DNA of 62,966 bases, counting the filler, from Cercozoa sp. M6MM (Eukaryota > Protista > Endomyxa: Ascetosporea): NCBI GenBank assembly GCA_040357565.1. It is 14 parts of 14 records of this genome, joined end to end, with 100 filler letters (N's around TTAATTAATTAA, not from the genome) between each part and the next. Parts side by side here need not be neighbours in the genome. Positions count along the whole stretch, not along the records: positions 59,872 to 62,966 come from JBDODJ010001612.1; 13 more parts are not named here. The stretch is one strand, 5' to 3'. Below are positions 61,300-62,966 of the stretch, in pieces; the first letter of the stretch is position 1; every line of letters starts with the position of its first letter. Under the pieces are notes generated by a model. The model was not told where the DNA came from. It was given only the letters and a program-made list of their open reading frames with translations, and searched no databases. The translations under genes were made by a program, and so were the position numbers.

Positions 61300-62130
61300 T
61301 CTATATGTACTGAAGCTGCACTGCTCATTACTGAGAATGTCCTGTTTCCTGTGCCGAGTTGCGATCGGGCACAGCCGGCAGAGCGAAGCGATCTTTGAGA
61401 ACTCCGTGGTCGACGAAAAACACAGCGAGCACGGTGAGCGCCGCCATCTGCAAAACACTGTGACACGCGAGTCAGATTTTTGCACTGAAGAAACGTTACG
61501 TTGAGCGCCAATTCGCAGCAGTCGCGCAGACACAGCAGTTTCAGTTGTCGCAGCTCTTGGCTCGTGGTCGAGCAGCCACGGAGTTCCGCGCAGTCGATCT
61601 CTGCGGCGAAGGCAGTCAGCGAAGTGGCCGAACTCAGCAGCGCAAACAAAGCGCCCAACGTTGCCACCAAACGCAGCACGTAATGCGAATCCGCAGCTAC
61701 AGGACAGTACAACACAGTGCTGAGACAGCTGAGTGTGTCAGTTTACCCATGCCAGCAACTGCGGCAATGAAACTGATCACGATGCGGTACAAGACGTATG
61801 ACCCTCTGTTGGAAACGTGAATAAGATCGTGCGACTTAGTGATCTACAGCGCAAAAAACGAGCATTTAACTCACAGCTACAAGTCAACACAAAAAAGAAA
61901 GCACACACCAGCACCGGCTCTGCCACACGAGTCGCCAGCAGCAGCGAAAGCACAAAACTGGTGGCCAGAGTGCTTTGCACTAGCACTCGCGCCACCGCGG
62001 GCCGCCTGCCTTCACTGTTGCTCACGAACGGGGGCACAAAGGCACCGATGCTCCCGCAGACGACTCCCGCCTGCCCATAAAAAAACTGACGAGGTCGGAG
62101 TCAACTGAGAGCAACCTACGACGATGCACA
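61300..62130 (-). CDS. Hypothetical multi-pass membrane protein
   Basis: Several hydrophobic exons (SFVLSLLLA; IVISFIAAVAG; LVATLGALFALLSS). Ends are uncertain. Confidence 0.45.
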
Positions 62131-62391
62131 CGGCAATCCAGGCGGTATGTGGTGTTTCGTACACCTCATATGTGCGAACCATACCACAAAAGAACGCTAC
62201 CTCTCTCTGCGGCAGTTTTGCATTTTCTTAATTTCTAGCTGACGTCAAAATCAGCGCTCCGCGGCAGTCGTTGCTGGCGCTATTGGTAGCTTCAAGTAGT
62301 GCCTGCGTGTGTTTTTTGTTTGTTCTGGACATTAGGAAGTCGGGAAACGCGCTGAGCGAAGCACGATTATTCCAATCATCGCTTTCTAAAA

Positions 62392-62843
62392 ATGATGTGG
62401 CGGCTGCTGGGCATGTGCTGCTTGTTGTCGCTCGCACTGGCACAAGAGGAGCCCGTCACGATCGGTTCGGCTTTTCGCTTGCAGGTAGAGATGTGCCTGT
62501 CTTCGACTGCGTTATCGTGTGGCTACACATGTTTTTATGACACGCACAGCACGAGAACACGGGGCACCGACTGCACTCGCAGGCTATCAATCTGCAGGGC
62601 GGCAGTGGACAGCAGTTGGTGCTCTCTTTATGTTTCCTGCAGTTTGGGTTATCACACACACACGCACACACCATGCATGTGCTTGCACAAGTGCGCACAT
62701 TCACAGGTGACAGGAGTGAAGGAAGGCAACCTGGCCGAGTCGCTGTGGCGCCTGCAGAGTGCGCACGGGCAGAAGCAGCTGCCGTTTGGAAGTGCCGTGC
62801 CGTGTGACTCGGTGGTTCGACTCACGCACGTCAGCACTCGCAG
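62392..62843 (+). CDS. SDF2: Stromal cell-derived factor 2-like MIR-domain ER protein, N-terminal part
   Basis: Signal peptide, then VTIGSAFRLQHENTGHRLHSQ....GSGQQLVTG....SLW and G..VPCDSVVRLTHVSTR. Confidence 0.9.
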
Positions 62844-62966
62844 GTAGGCTTCTACACTTTGTTCTTATTTTTATGTATTTATACATATATATATATATAT
62901 ATATATAATATATATATATATATATTTATTTATTTATTTATTTATTTTTTAATAGATATAATGTAT

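Overview
This is eukaryotic (protist-like) nuclear DNA with GC-rich exons and many short GT-AG introns. It is not one locus: 14 contigs are joined by 13 artificial 100-bp spacers (N44-TTAATTAATTAA-N44), so gene neighbourhood is only meaningful within a contig. Recognisable genes, many truncated at contig ends, are a tetraspanin, two ubiquitin-specific proteases, PPIL2, NPL4, GABA transaminase, a CARMIL-like PH protein, a PhoD-like phosphatase, FYR, F-box and BRCT proteins, pescadillo, an LKB1/CAMK-like kinase, maspardin, SDF2 and three mucin-like surface proteins. The most unusual contig is 25567-28047. It holds a DIRS/Crypton-type tyrosine recombinase in two convergent halves that rejoin in frame (...GAP-V|TLAEVKRL...). 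Between the halves lie a ~280-nt highly base-paired, probably pseudoknotted segment and phased 40-bp (CCAAT-containing) and 10-bp repeats. Across the window, introns are largely built from simple repeats, notably strand-biased telomere-like (C)CCTTA/TTACCCC tracts, and several duplicate nearby exon or intron sequence. All gene models were spliced by eye and no database searches were run, so coordinates of multi-exon genes are approximate.
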